Shown: piece by piece, positions 37,636 through 47,843 of the stretch | Layout of the letters: each line of letters starts with the position of its first letter | Numbering within the stretch: the stretch's first letter is position 1 | Assembly (NCBI GenBank): GCA_041659045.1 | Contig: JBAZZB010000001.1 | Span: forward strand, 518,234 to 582,233 | Reading direction: 5' to 3' | DNA: 64,000 nt | Source: Patescibacteria group bacterium | GTDB taxonomy: Bacteria; Patescibacteriota; Patescibacteriia; SG8-24; DYFX01 | Program-made: the position numbers and the translations under genes | The notes under the pieces: generated by a model | Seen by the model: the letters and a program-made list of their open reading frames with translations, nothing else | What the model was told of the DNA's origin: nothing | The model's database searches: none

Positions 37636-38364
37636 TTATTTGGCCAAAAGTTCAAACATCGCGCGTACGTCCTCTGCTCGCGTACTCGCCCCGCCGATCA
37701 ACACACCGTCGACGTTCGGCACTGCGAGGTACTCCATGAGGTTGGATGGATCAACGGAGCCACCGTACAAGATGCGGGCCGAGAGCGTGCGTGCATCGAG
37801 CTCTCTGCGGATGAACGCATGCATCACAGCGACGTCGGCCGGATTGCAGGGTCGACCCGTACCGATCGCCCAGCGCGGCTCGTAAGCCACGACCAACGGC
37901 TTCTCTGGCGCCCAGGAGGCAATGACCGCTTCGAGCTGTGTGCGCACCACCTGCTCCTGCGTGGAAGCGTCGCGCTCTTGGGCCGTTTCACCAACGCAAA
38001 GAACGGGCGTCATACCGTCCGCGGCAACCGCGGCAGCTTTCTGGACGACAAGCTCGTCGGTTTCACCGATCGCACGGCGCTCCGAATGACCAACGATCAC
38101 ATAGCTCGCGCCGGCTGCGGCAAGCTGTTTCGGTGTGACTTCCCCCGTATGCGCGCCTTCATCATTCCAAAAAGCGTCTTGGGCGCCCAAAGCGACCGCT
38201 GAGCCTCTCACGAGATGCGCAATGCTTTCGAGGGCCGTAAAACTCGGAGCGATCGCAAGATCGATCGAAGAAGTCGTGGAACGTTCCACGTACAGGCGTG
38301 TCAGCGTTTCCGCCTCCGCGTCGCTCAGATAGGTTTTCCAATTCGCGAAAAACAGCTTGCGCAT
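37636..38364 (-). CDS. tpiA: Triosephosphate isomerase
   Basis: ANWK, catalytic GHSERR, AYEPRWAIGTG and YGGSV motifs. Confidence 0.9.
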   Translation of the reverse strand: MRKLFFANWKTYLSDAEAETLTRLYVERSTTSSIDLAIAPSFTALESIAHLVRGSAVALGAQDAFWNDEGAHTGEVTPKQLAAAGASYVIVGHSERRAIGETDELVVQKAAAVAADGMTPVLCVGETAQERDASTQEQVVRTQLEAVIASWAPEKPLVVAYEPRWAIGTGRPCNPADVAVMHAFIRRELDARTLSARILYGGSVDPSNLMEYLAVPNVDGVLIGGASTRAEDVRAMFELLAK

Positions 38365-38367
38365 ACG

Positions 38368-39648
38368 CTATCGCGTCGGAATCTTTAGAAGCTTCATGAA
38401 GCGCGCCTTGTCCTTGAAGGGGCCGATCAGCGAGGCTGAGAGACCGGACGTGCGGAAGACGCGCTTCGCAACCGCGTGAACGTCTTCACGTGTCACTTTG
38501 TCGATGCGTGCCAAACGCATTTCCGGCGTTTGGATTCTTTTTTGCAGAAGTTCTTGCTTGGCGAAAAATTCGGCGAGTGCGCTTGACTCTTCGAGTCCAA
38601 GAACCGTTTTCCCTTTGATGTATTCTTTGGCGCGCGTGAGCTCTTCAGCCGTAACGCCTTTTTGTGCCGCCTTGCCGAGCTCTTTGAGGATCACGGTGAT
38701 ACCTTCATCAAGCTTGGCTTTCATGAGGCCAGCCTGAATCGCAATGTTGCCGACGTCCTGATACGGGCTCAGGCTCGCGCGAACGGAATAGGCCAAGCCG
38801 CGGCGCTCACGCACTTCCGTAAAGAGGCGCGACGACATACCGCCGCCAAGAATCGTAGTGAGAACCGAAAGCGCCGCCATGTCCTTGTGGCCGTACGGAA
38901 AGCCCGGAAAGCCCAAAGCGAACTGCACCTGTTCCGTCTCCTTATATTGTAGCGCAAGACGCGCCCCACCGCTTCTGAGGCGGGAGGCGGGATAGGTTTT
39001 AAGCTTCTTTTTCGGCTCTTTGACCGTACCGAAGGTTTTTTCGAGAAGGTCGACAACCGACGGTTCAAATTTACCGGCGACGGCGATGATCATGCGTGAA
39101 GGCGTGTAGGCCGCATCGCGCCAGCTCACGAGTTCAGCACGATCGATGCCATCCATCGTGGCGTGCGTGCCGGCGATCGGACGAGCGAGTGTGCCTTCAA
39201 AAATCAATTCTTCAAGAAGCTCTTCGGCGCGCATGATCGGATTGTCGTCGTACATGTTGATCTCTTCCTTGATGACGCCACGCTCGCGGCCGATTTCGTC
39301 GGCGCGATAGGTGGAATGGAAAAGCATGTCGTGCAGCATGTCGACGGCCAACTCAATTTTTGAAGCGTTGAGCTTCACGTAGTAGCCGGTGTAATCCTTG
39401 CCGGTAAAAGCGTTGTAGTCGGCACCGACGGAGTCGAGGTCGCGGCTGATATCCATCGTGGTTGGGCGGCGTTCGGTGCCCTTGAACATCATGTGCTCAA
39501 CAAAATGGGAGGCGCCGGCAAGCTTCGCGCTCTCATAGCGGCTGCCGACCTCGAACAACACCAACACCGTGGCGGCTTGCGTATCGCGCGACGGCACGAG
39601 AATGACCCGCGTGCCGTTTTTCAATTTCGCCGTTTGAAAGAGTGACAT
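38368..39648 (-). CDS. M16 family (pitrilysin-like) zinc peptidase
   Basis: Inverted zinc motif HFVEHMMFKGT (HxxEH) and M16 N/C domains. Confidence 0.8.
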   Translation of the reverse strand: MSLFQTAKLKNGTRVILVPSRDTQAATVLVLFEVGSRYESAKLAGASHFVEHMMFKGTERRPTTMDISRDLDSVGADYNAFTGKDYTGYYVKLNASKIELAVDMLHDMLFHSTYRADEIGRERGVIKEEINMYDDNPIMRAEELLEELIFEGTLARPIAGTHATMDGIDRAELVSWRDAAYTPSRMIIAVAGKFEPSVVDLLEKTFGTVKEPKKKLKTYPASRLRSGGARLALQYKETEQVQFALGFPGFPYGHKDMAALSVLTTILGGGMSSRLFTEVRERRGLAYSVRASLSPYQDVGNIAIQAGLMKAKLDEGITVILKELGKAAQKGVTAEELTRAKEYIKGKTVLGLEESSALAEFFAKQELLQKRIQTPEMRLARIDKVTREDVHAVAKRVFRTSGLSASLIGPFKDKARFMKLLKIPTR

Positions 39649-39649
39649 G

Positions 39650-40972
39650 CTAGAAACCGAGCTTCGACGAAAGGTAGCTTTCGAGCTCGTCGATCTTCAC
39701 GCGTTCTTGCTGCATCGTATCGCGATCGCGCACGGTAACAGACTGGTCGTTCAAGGTGTCAAAGTCGTAGGTGACGCAATAGGGCGTGCCGATTTCGTCC
39801 TGGCGGCGGTAGCGCTTGCCGATGGATTGCGTTTCGTCGTAGTCGGTCGTCCAACGCTGACGGAGCTTGGCCGCGAGCGCGCGGGCTGGAACCGAAAGTT
39901 CCTCTTTTTTGGAAAGCGGCAGCATGGCGATCTTGAAGGGTGCGAGCGCTTTCGGGAAACGCATGACGACGCGCAGATCCGTCTCCCCTTCTTCGGCCGT
40001 ACGAGCTTGTTCTTCGTGATAGGCCTCGAGCATGACCACCAGCACCGTGCGATCGACACCGAGTGACGGCTCGATGACATGCGGCAGGTATTTTTCGTTT
40101 GTTTCCGGATCGGTGTAGCGCAAATCAACGCCGCTCTTTTCCTGGTGGCAGGTGAGGTCGTAGTCGCCGCGGTACGCGAGACCGTAGAGCTCCTTCAAAC
40201 CGAAGGGGTACTGGTACTCGACGTCGACGGTGCGCTTCGAATAGTGTGCGCGCTCGCCATCTTCGATTTCATGGAAGACGAGGTGCTTAGGATCGACTCC
40301 GCAGAAATCGAGCCAAGATTTCATTTCCACGAGCCACGATTCAAAATGCTTTTCCCATTCGGATTCCTTCACGAAGTACTCGACTTCCATCTGCTCGAAT
40401 TCGCGCGTGCGGAAGATGAAGTTGCCCGGCGTAATTTCGTTGCGGAAAGCCTTGCCGACCTGAGCGATACCGAACGGCACGCGCTTGCGGCTCGTTTCCT
40501 GCACCTGTTTGAAATCGGCAAACATCGCCTGCGCGGTTTCAGGACGGAAATAGACAACCGCCGCGGCGTCCTCTTTGGCGCCGAGGAAGGTTTTGAGCAT
40601 CATGTTGAACTGCGCCGGTTCCGTGAACGTGCCTTTCCTTCCACAAGTGGGGCAAGCGGCCGTGAGGTCGATTTGGTCGGCGCGGAAACGCGAATGGCAG
40701 CCGGTGCACTCCGTGAGCGGATCGGTGAAGTGGGCGAGATGGCCGGAGGCCTCCCAAACCTTCGGATTCATGATGAGCGCGGCATCAATGCCGACCATGT
40801 CTTCACGCGACGTCACGAAGCGCTTCCACCATGCGTCCTTAATGTTTTTCTTGAGCTCGGAACCGAGCGGACCGTAATCCCAGGAGTTGGCCAAGCCACC
40901 GTAAATGTCGGATCCAGGGAAAATGAAACCGCGTCGTTTTGCCAGGGAAACCAGTTTTTCCATTTCGATCAT
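39650..40972 (-). CDS. glyQS: Glycine--tRNA ligase, dimeric alpha2 type
   Basis: Class II aaRS motifs and N-terminal RRGFIFPGSDIYGGLANSWDYGPLG. C-terminal anticodon-binding domain. Start at ATG 40972 or 40963. Confidence 0.9.
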   Translation of the reverse strand: MIEMEKLVSLAKRRGFIFPGSDIYGGLANSWDYGPLGSELKKNIKDAWWKRFVTSREDMVGIDAALIMNPKVWEASGHLAHFTDPLTECTGCHSRFRADQIDLTAACPTCGRKGTFTEPAQFNMMLKTFLGAKEDAAAVVYFRPETAQAMFADFKQVQETSRKRVPFGIAQVGKAFRNEITPGNFIFRTREFEQMEVEYFVKESEWEKHFESWLVEMKSWLDFCGVDPKHLVFHEIEDGERAHYSKRTVDVEYQYPFGLKELYGLAYRGDYDLTCHQEKSGVDLRYTDPETNEKYLPHVIEPSLGVDRTVLVVMLEAYHEEQARTAEEGETDLRVVMRFPKALAPFKIAMLPLSKKEELSVPARALAAKLRQRWTTDYDETQSIGKRYRRQDEIGTPYCVTYDFDTLNDQSVTVRDRDTMQQERVKIDELESYLSSKLGF

Positions 40973-40985
40973 ATGCCGCAGCCTA

Positions 40986-43900
40986 TCATGAGGCAGTTTT
41001 GAGTTCAATATCGTCAGCAATGAAGACGGGCTCTTTCTCGTGGGTGAAATCAATCTCTTTCGTGCGTGCCGCTTGGTATCCCGCGCGATCAGCCGTCAGG
41101 AAATAGCGGTTCTGACCGGCCAGGAAGGCGTAGCGTCCGCGTGCATCGGTCACCTGGGCTTCAAGCACTTTCTTGTACGCGGATTCGACAATACGAACGA
41201 CCACTTGCTTCACGGGCTTCTTCTGCTCATCGGAAACCGTTCCCCAGCTCTTAGGACGCCGCCCTCTGGCCAGGCGCATGAAGAGAAGCATGAAGGCGAG
41301 CTGTGTCATGAGTGCAATCACCTGCTCCCAACGAGGCGTTGCGGCATAGCTTGCAAGCGCAAGTCCGGGACCGATCGACGCGACGGCCCATTGCACGCGC
41401 AAGCGCGAGGAAGCCGCGAGAATGTCGATGTCCGTGCGCGTTTCACCCACAGGTTCGAGCGGCACGTTTTTGGCGATCATACCTTCCGGAGTTTCGATCG
41501 GGCCACCAAGGTGCAGGTCAGAGAAGGGGCCGTCGGCCACGCCGCTGATCGTTCGGTTCGGAGGAAAGGCAAAACCGGGCTTCTGTACTTCAAGCAGGTA
41601 GCTGCCGGGCTGTGGCAAGAAAAGATAGCGACCATACCGATCGGTGACGCGCGTTGAAACCGTTTTTTGCGTGACAGGGTCGACAAGACGGACGACAGCA
41701 AGATCCACCGGCAGCTTCGTGCCGACGTTATAGATGGTGCCGTAAGCCTTGCGACGGCGACGATCGAGCAGCGCGAGCGGTTGCGTAAAGAGGAACATCG
41801 CGTATCGCGCGTAGCCGGCAAAGCCCACAGCCGAAGTCGTCGCGACTGCGACCGCCGCAGTTGTAGCTGGGGTCACGACAACGTCGTTCGTTGTTTGCGC
41901 CACTGCGCTTCCGCGAATGGCTTTCATATTGTCGCGTACCGATCGCGCGATAGCGCCGATGACAGGCGTGTTCTGTGTCGCCTCCGCGAGACGATCAAGA
42001 ATCGGCGTTGCCGTAACGGCGTTCAATGGTCGCGCGATCCATTCAAGCAACGTCAGTCTTGTCTCTGTTCCGCTCGTCGTCCCGCTTCCAGACGTCGGTA
42101 CCGTTGGCGGTGTCGTTCCGGTCGTCGGACGTTCGGGATCGGTTCCGACAGGTGTCGGTTGCTCGGTTGTCGGTGGCACCGTAGGCTCTGACGATACTGG
42201 AGGTGCCGGTGTCGTTCCTGGTGTGGGGGCTGTACTTGGCTCAACAGGTGCCGTCGGCTGAGCAACTACCGGAGGAACGGTCGGTACCGTCGGTGGCAGC
42301 GTAACGATCGGTTCCACAGGCGTTACGGGAAGTTGTACAACATCCGTCGTCTGTTCAGAAATCGTCGTCGAGAGCCCATCCGCGGTGATGACGGCGCGAT
42401 TAAAAAGCGACCTCGCGCCGGGTAACACCCGCACGTGCACGCTGACATACCGGCGCATGCTTGCGGCAAGAGAACCAAGATTGTATGTCGCGGTACGCGT
42501 CAACGAATCAAAAGCGGCGTCATCTGTATCGGCGAGGTCCGTCAGAATCACACCATCAATCGACAAAGATGATCCAACGTATGACGTGCCGGGTGGAATT
42601 GTTTCTGCTACCACAACATTTCGCGCGGTCTGGCCGCCGACGTTCGACACGTCAATACGATAGGTAACGATATCACCAGTCTTCGGTTCGGGCGTACCGC
42701 TCGAAAATTCCAAAGAAGACACGTTCACGCCGACGCGCACCTCAGCCAGTACAGCAGCATCCTCTGGCACAGTCGTAGGGGGTACAACGGGCGGCGTCGA
42801 TGTTGTTGAGCCCGGCGCTCCTGATCCGCTTTGCGCTATTGTGAACGAAGCATCGCTCACGTCCGTCGCCAAAATCGTGTCACCTCCAGCGAGGGCTTCA
42901 GCGCGAATGCGCGCGGAATCAGCGGCCACGCTCGGCACCATCCAGGCGTAGACGCCCGCGGAAGGACTCACATTCGAAGCAATCACCGCGTACGTACTCC
43001 CGTTATCTACGGAGTACGAGAGTCGGACGTTCTGCACCTGAATACCCTGCGTCGTGAAAAATACGTTATATGTCGATCCACCCGCGAGCAGTTCGCTGCC
43101 GTTCGGCTGGCCAACCACAATGGAAGGCGTCGGGTTACCACCGCCTCCGCCTCCTCCCCCACCACCTCCGCCTGAAGCCGTAATCGAAAAGTCTGCGTTC
43201 GCGGTATCGCTCGCAAGTGTTACGTTGTTCGCGTCTTGTGCCTCGATTTTGATGCGCGCTGTGGTCGTCGTGATGTTGTTGACCGTCCAGGAATACGGCG
43301 ATGCTGCGTCGGATGCAGTAACAAGCGTCGGGAACGTGGAGCCCGAGTCCGTAGAAAGCGTGATGCGGTAGTGATCAACCAAACCAGCATTCGTCCACGT
43401 GATCGACGAAGAATCGCCGCCCGTCAAACTTCCTCCGCCATTCGGTGCCGTCACGGTTACTGTCGCCGCACCGTCAGAATCGGCGATCATTTGCACGCGT
43501 GTTTGTGAAACCGTGTTGACGGACTGGAAAGCCGTCACAATACCAGCGTCACCATTGGAGACAGCCGTCGGAATATCTTCAGCAAAACCGGCGCGAGCCG
43601 CAACAACGATTCCGTTTGCGGTCCACATCGCCGTGCCAGTTGAGTTCAGACGTTGTGCGTACACGTCGCCACCAGCCTCCGTTCTTTCATCCTTCCAAGC
43701 CGCTACAACACCGGCGCTATTGTCTGTTGCAATACTGAATTGCGCCCCTTGGTTATCAGCAGCATTGCTCACGACCTCGCCGTTCGCTGTCCACTGCGCG
43801 ACGCCGGAAGCATCGAGTCGTTGCGCGTACAGATCGCTCGTGACGCCTCCGCGCATATCTTTCCACACCACGATCGACCCGGTATCCGAAGCGATGACTT

Positions 43901-46277
43901 TCGGCACGGTTTGATTATCTGCTGCAGTCACAACATCAACTCCGCCCGCAGTCCATTGCACGTCGCCGGCTTCGTTATACATTTGTGCCTTGACGTTGGC
44001 GTTTCCAAGACTGCCGGGATCCGCGCTCCAGGCGACGACGACTCCGCCCGAGACGGCCGTAAGAGCTGTTTCGATGGCGGTGTTTTCTGTCGTGATGACT
44101 TCGCCGTACGTTGTCCAACCGGAAACAACCGCTCCGTTTGCCGCTGCTAGGCGCACGACGCGTAAGTCGGGATCGGTCACGTCGTTATCGATGTGCTGCC
44201 AAGCGAGATACGCGCCGCTTGCGCCGTCAGAAGCGATCGCGCCATATTCATGAGCGACCGTACCGGAAGGCAGCGGATCAGATGCTTCAACTCCTGTTGC
44301 GCCCCACGGAACACCGGCCGCAGATGTCACGCGCACGCCATACATCCTGTTATTCACCTCATACATCACAATGGCGCCACCCGCTCCGTCCGTGACGGTA
44401 CCCCAGACATCGACCGTCGAGCCGGACGGTGAAATACTCAATCCTGATGCCGACCAGCCGCCGACCACGACCCCCGAAGAATCAAAACGTTTGATTTTCA
44501 AAACCTCGGAACCCATATAATCCTTCCAGATGACGTATACGCCACCTGAACCATCGCCTAACAAGCCAAGCACCTCTTGCCCGATACCGATCGCAATCGC
44601 CACGCCGCTCGCTGTCCACTGTGAGACACCTGAGGAGTTCACTTTTTGCAAAAAAACTCTCGTTCCGTTATGGCGGTTATCATTCCAAGCAAGAAAATAA
44701 TTTCCTGAACCATCGGCCGCCACGCGCGGCACGAGCTGCTCTGCCGTAACGGAGCCTGGTCCATCTGGAAGCGTGAAGCCGCGCGTACCGTTAAATTGCG
44801 GAGCGCCAGTCGCGTCATCAAGTAACTGGCCAACCGCGTCATCCTCAAAGCTCGCTTGGATCTGTGCCGCAATCACGAAGTCGCCTGCCGTTGTCGTGAC
44901 AGCATACGGCATCGTAATCGGGAAAAAGTTCGTGGCCGTATCCGCATCAATCGCGAGCACGCCACCGGACGTCCAAGCCACGGTACCGTCAGAATTGACG
45001 CGCTGGGCAATCACGTCGCGTGTGCTTGCACCCGAATATTGGCGCATAATGGCGATGAGCACGTCACCCGAACCATCACCCGCCGTCACCGCGATCGTAG
45101 GATAATCTTCACGATCGGCAGTACTCGTCAGCGCCAAACCAGAGCCGGAAAACTGGGCGACACCAGAGCTATTGAGTTTTTGTACGTACAAATACGGGTT
45201 GGCGTAGTAGAAGACCATCGCGTCGGTTCCACTCATCGCAACCTTGGGATTTGCATTGGCGTTTGCCGTGCTGACCTGGACACCATTCGCAGTCCAAACC
45301 TGGTCACCGGCACTATCGATCTGTTGGGCGTAAACACCGTTAGCGCCTGAACGACTATCTTCCCAAACCGCGACAAGGCCTCCGGAACCGTCCGGTACGG
45401 CCTGCGTCATGCGATCCTGTGCGTCGGCAGCCGACGTGATTGCTTTTCCGTTCGCTGTCCACTGCACCGTACCAGCGCTGTTAATACGTTGCGCGTATAA
45501 ATCTTCATCCGCGCCGCGGAGATCCTCCCACGCGATGATCGCGCCGCCGGAGCCGTCCGTAACGATGAGCGGATCGCGCTGGTTATTGGCGGCCGCGCTA
45601 ATGACCACACCGGTCGCAGTCCACTGTTTGGCGCCTAAACCATCCAAGCGCTGCGCGCGCACGTCGCCGCCGATCACGTACGCAACGATAATACCGTCGG
45701 AGCCGTCAGGAAGAGCGACCCCTGACGTTTCGGAACTCGCGCCAACATCAGCAACCGCCAACCCGCCCGCCGCCCATTGCACGGCGCCGGAAGAATCGAG
45801 TCTTTGCGCGTAAATGTCGTTGGCACCATTCGAAATACCGTAGAGCACAATGACGCCGCCTGAGGTATCTGCGACTACTCGCACGCGCTGATCACCGAGA
45901 CCACTTGCTCCATCGTAGACCGTGATGCCTCCGCCCCATTGCGCCGCGCCGGTGTCATCAACTTTTTGAGCGTAGATGCCGCCCCCGACCGCGTTCGTGA
46001 ACACGAAGACGCTATACCCATCGCTCGTGCGAACGACAGGGCCACTGGTTGATTGTTCAAAAATAACTGACTCTTGGTCGCCCGCAAGGAAACCGTTTGT
46101 GGCAGCAGCAGCAACAACACCGTTTGCCGTCCAACTTGCAGAGCCGCTCGCCAAAGCCGTTGAGACAACGTTACCGAAAACAATCGCCGTGATCAGAACC
46201 GTCACGGACGCAAAAACAAACCGAGCGCGCGCCCAAGCTTTTACCGCAATCCAAAGACGGTTTATTCGATACTTCAC
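40986..46277 (-). CDS. Giant cell-surface protein A (~1760 aa)
   Basis: Architecture from N- to C-terminus: signal peptide; ~13 tandem ~50-aa W/YAQR beta-propeller-like repeats; DUF11-like domain; two ~90-aa Ig-like (Kre9/KNH-like) domains; Gly12 tract; Pro/Thr-rich linker; C-terminal TM plus prealbumin/CarboxypepD_reg-like anchor module shared with gene B. Start uncertain (GTG ~46277); the ORF-track start at 46556 would overlap the upstream gene. Confidence 0.7.
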   Translation of the reverse strand: MKYRINRLWIAVKAWARARFVFASVTVLITAIVFGNVVSTALASGSASWTANGVVAAAATNGFLAGDQESVIFEQSTSGPVVRTSDGYSVFVFTNAVGGGIYAQKVDDTGAAQWGGGITVYDGASGLGDQRVRVVADTSGGVIVLYGISNGANDIYAQRLDSSGAVQWAAGGLAVADVGASSETSGVALPDGSDGIIVAYVIGGDVRAQRLDGLGAKQWTATGVVISAAANNQRDPLIVTDGSGGAIIAWEDLRGADEDLYAQRINSAGTVQWTANGKAITSAADAQDRMTQAVPDGSGGLVAVWEDSRSGANGVYAQQIDSAGDQVWTANGVQVSTANANANPKVAMSGTDAMVFYYANPYLYVQKLNSSGVAQFSGSGLALTSTADREDYPTIAVTAGDGSGDVLIAIMRQYSGASTRDVIAQRVNSDGTVAWTSGGVLAIDADTATNFFPITMPYAVTTTAGDFVIAAQIQASFEDDAVGQLLDDATGAPQFNGTRGFTLPDGPGSVTAEQLVPRVAADGSGNYFLAWNDNRHNGTRVFLQKVNSSGVSQWTASGVAIAIGIGQEVLGLLGDGSGGVYVIWKDYMGSEVLKIKRFDSSGVVVGGWSASGLSISPSGSTVDVWGTVTDGAGGAIVMYEVNNRMYGVRVTSAAGVPWGATGVEASDPLPSGTVAHEYGAIASDGASGAYLAWQHIDNDVTDPDLRVVRLAAANGAVVSGWTTYGEVITTENTAIETALTAVSGGVVVAWSADPGSLGNANVKAQMYNEAGDVQWTAGGVDVVTAADNQTVPKVIASDTGSIVVWKDMRGGVTSDLYAQRLDASGVAQWTANGEVVSNAADNQGAQFSIATDNSAGVVAAWKDERTEAGGDVYAQRLNSTGTAMWTANGIVVAARAGFAEDIPTAVSNGDAGIVTAFQSVNTVSQTRVQMIADSDGAATVTVTAPNGGGSLTGGDSSSITWTNAGLVDHYRITLSTDSGSTFPTLVTASDAASPYSWTVNNITTTTARIKIEAQDANNVTLASDTANADFSITASGGGGGGGGGGGGNPTPSIVVGQPNGSELLAGGSTYNVFFTTQGIQVQNVRLSYSVDNGSTYAVIASNVSPSAGVYAWMVPSVAADSARIRAEALAGGDTILATDVSDASFTIAQSGSGAPGSTTSTPPVVPPTTVPEDAAVLAEVRVGVNVSSLEFSSGTPEPKTGDIVTYRIDVSNVGGQTARNVVVAETIPPGTSYVGSSLSIDGVILTDLADTDDAAFDSLTRTATYNLGSLAASMRRYVSVHVRVLPGARSLFNRAVITADGLSTTISEQTTDVVQLPVTPVEPIVTLPPTVPTVPPVVAQPTAPVEPSTAPTPGTTPAPPVSSEPTVPPTTEQPTPVGTDPERPTTGTTPPTVPTSGSGTTSGTETRLTLLEWIARPLNAVTATPILDRLAEATQNTPVIGAIARSVRDNMKAIRGSAVAQTTNDVVVTPATTAAVAVATTSAVGFAGYARYAMFLFTQPLALLDRRRRKAYGTIYNVGTKLPVDLAVVRLVDPVTQKTVSTRVTDRYGRYLFLPQPGSYLLEVQKPGFAFPPNRTISGVADGPFSDLHLGGPIETPEGMIAKNVPLEPVGETRTDIDILAASSRLRVQWAVASIGPGLALASYAATPRWEQVIALMTQLAFMLLFMRLARGRRPKSWGTVSDEQKKPVKQVVVRIVESAYKKVLEAQVTDARGRYAFLAGQNRYFLTADRAGYQAARTKEIDFTHEKEPVFIADDIELKTAS
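43137..43172 (-). repeat. GGN trinucleotide tract encoding 12 consecutive Gly
   Basis: Protein GGGGGGGGGGGG between an Ig-like domain and the next domain; DNA is imperfect GGN repeats. Confidence 0.7.
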
Positions 46278-46347
46278 GCGTGTATACAGAGGTCTCTTCA
46301 CAGCATGCAGTGTACCACTTTTAGGCAAATCCTTCTTGTTCGAACCT

Positions 46348-47823
46348 CTACACCGACACCACCGTTTTAAGGGTGATATCTCGAGCAATAAAAGCCGGAT
46401 CCTTTGAACGGCTGAAATCCACCGTTTCTGTCCTGGCTGCCTGATGCCCCGCCCCCTCAGCCGTGACGAAGTATCGATTCTGTCCGACCAAGAAGGCATA
46501 GCGACCCGAAGCGTCCGTGACCTGAGCTTCCAACACCTTATTGTAGGCATCTTCAATCACGCGCACGACGGCTTGTCGCACGGGCTGCCCTTGCGCGTCG
46601 CGTACGACGCCCCACCCCTTCGGCTTTCGCTTGTTGGCGATGCGAGAGAAAATAACGGTCAGCGCCAGCTGAAGCGCCAGAGCACCTACCTGTTCCCAAC
46701 GCGGCGTAACGACATAACTTGCCACCGCGAAACCGGGGCCAAATGCCGTAAACGCCCATTGCAAACGGAGACGCCCTGCCGCGGCGATAATTTTGGAATT
46801 GGTACGCGAGTCCTCTTTCGGTTCAAGTGGGATGTTTTTCGCGATAACACCATCCGAAGCAACGACGCTTCCCCCAACATGCAGGTCCGCGTACGGACCA
46901 TCGGCCACACCAGAGATCGTACGCACTGGAGGGAAGACGAATCCGGACTTCTGCACTTCGATCTGGTACGCACCGGGAGGCGCGAGGAAGAGATACCGTC
47001 CGAGACGGTCCGTGACGCGCGTCGCGATTACTTTTTGTCCCGTCGCATCAAGAAGCCGAACCGTCGCAAGATCAACAGGGAGTTTGGTCCCGACGTTGTA
47101 GACAGTGCCGTATGCTTTTCTACGGCGACGATCGAGCAGAGCAAGCGGCTGCGTCACAAGGAACATCGCGTAACTGGCGAAACCCGTGAAACCAACTGCG
47201 GACGTTGTCGCGACAGCAGCCGCCCCAGCGACGGCCGGTGTCAGTACGACTGTGTTGGTTGTTTGCACCGTTTCATTCGTACGCAAAGCCTTCACGACTT
47301 CGCGTGTCGCCTGAACAACCTCACGCACAATAGGAATATTTTTTGTGACGTTTGCCGCGATGTCCAGAAGCGGCGTCTCTTCAAGAGGTGCTTCTTCGCG
47401 CACAAACCACTCAATCAACGAAAACGAAGCGATCTCCTGAGCCGGTGACGGCACGGAAATTTCGCCTTGCGGAGACGGCTCGACAGATCCGCCTCCAGAC
47501 GATCCACTTGCGCCGCTTCCTTGCCCACCACCACTTGATGCTGGTGGTTCCGTATCTATAGACGTAACCGGACGTTCCGGAGTCGGGCGCGGGGTCGGTT
47601 TCGTTACCGGCGGTTCTTCTTCCGCTTCATCGATCGGTGTTTCTGTCGAGGCTGGAGGCTCAACGACCGGTTCTTCTGGCGTTACCGGTTCAGATGGAGT
47701 TTCAGGAGGCGTTTCAATAGGCGGCGTTGGTTCGACAGGCACTGTTGGGTCCGGAGTTTCAACGGGCGGTTCGGTTGGTGGCAGCACCGGCGGCTCAACA
47801 CCTGTACCAACAATCGTAAACAC
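46348..47823 (-). CDS. C-terminal portion of giant surface protein B
   Basis: Pro-rich linker, TM and CarboxypepD_reg-like anchor module. Reading frame is separated from the upstream portion by a frameshift. Homologous residue-for-residue to the C-terminus of protein A. No signal peptide and no RBS of its own; its reading frame continues upstream to ~47925. Confidence 0.7.
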   Translation of the reverse strand: MFTIVGTGVEPPVLPPTEPPVETPDPTVPVEPTPPIETPPETPSEPVTPEEPVVEPPASTETPIDEAEEEPPVTKPTPRPTPERPVTSIDTEPPASSGGGQGSGASGSSGGGSVEPSPQGEISVPSPAQEIASFSLIEWFVREEAPLEETPLLDIAANVTKNIPIVREVVQATREVVKALRTNETVQTTNTVVLTPAVAGAAAVATTSAVGFTGFASYAMFLVTQPLALLDRRRRKAYGTVYNVGTKLPVDLATVRLLDATGQKVIATRVTDRLGRYLFLAPPGAYQIEVQKSGFVFPPVRTISGVADGPYADLHVGGSVVASDGVIAKNIPLEPKEDSRTNSKIIAAAGRLRLQWAFTAFGPGFAVASYVVTPRWEQVGALALQLALTVIFSRIANKRKPKGWGVVRDAQGQPVRQAVVRVIEDAYNKVLEAQVTDASGRYAFLVGQNRYFVTAEGAGHQAARTETVDFSRSKDPAFIARDITLKTVVSV

Positions 47824-47843
47824 ACTGTCACTTACGTCCGTTG

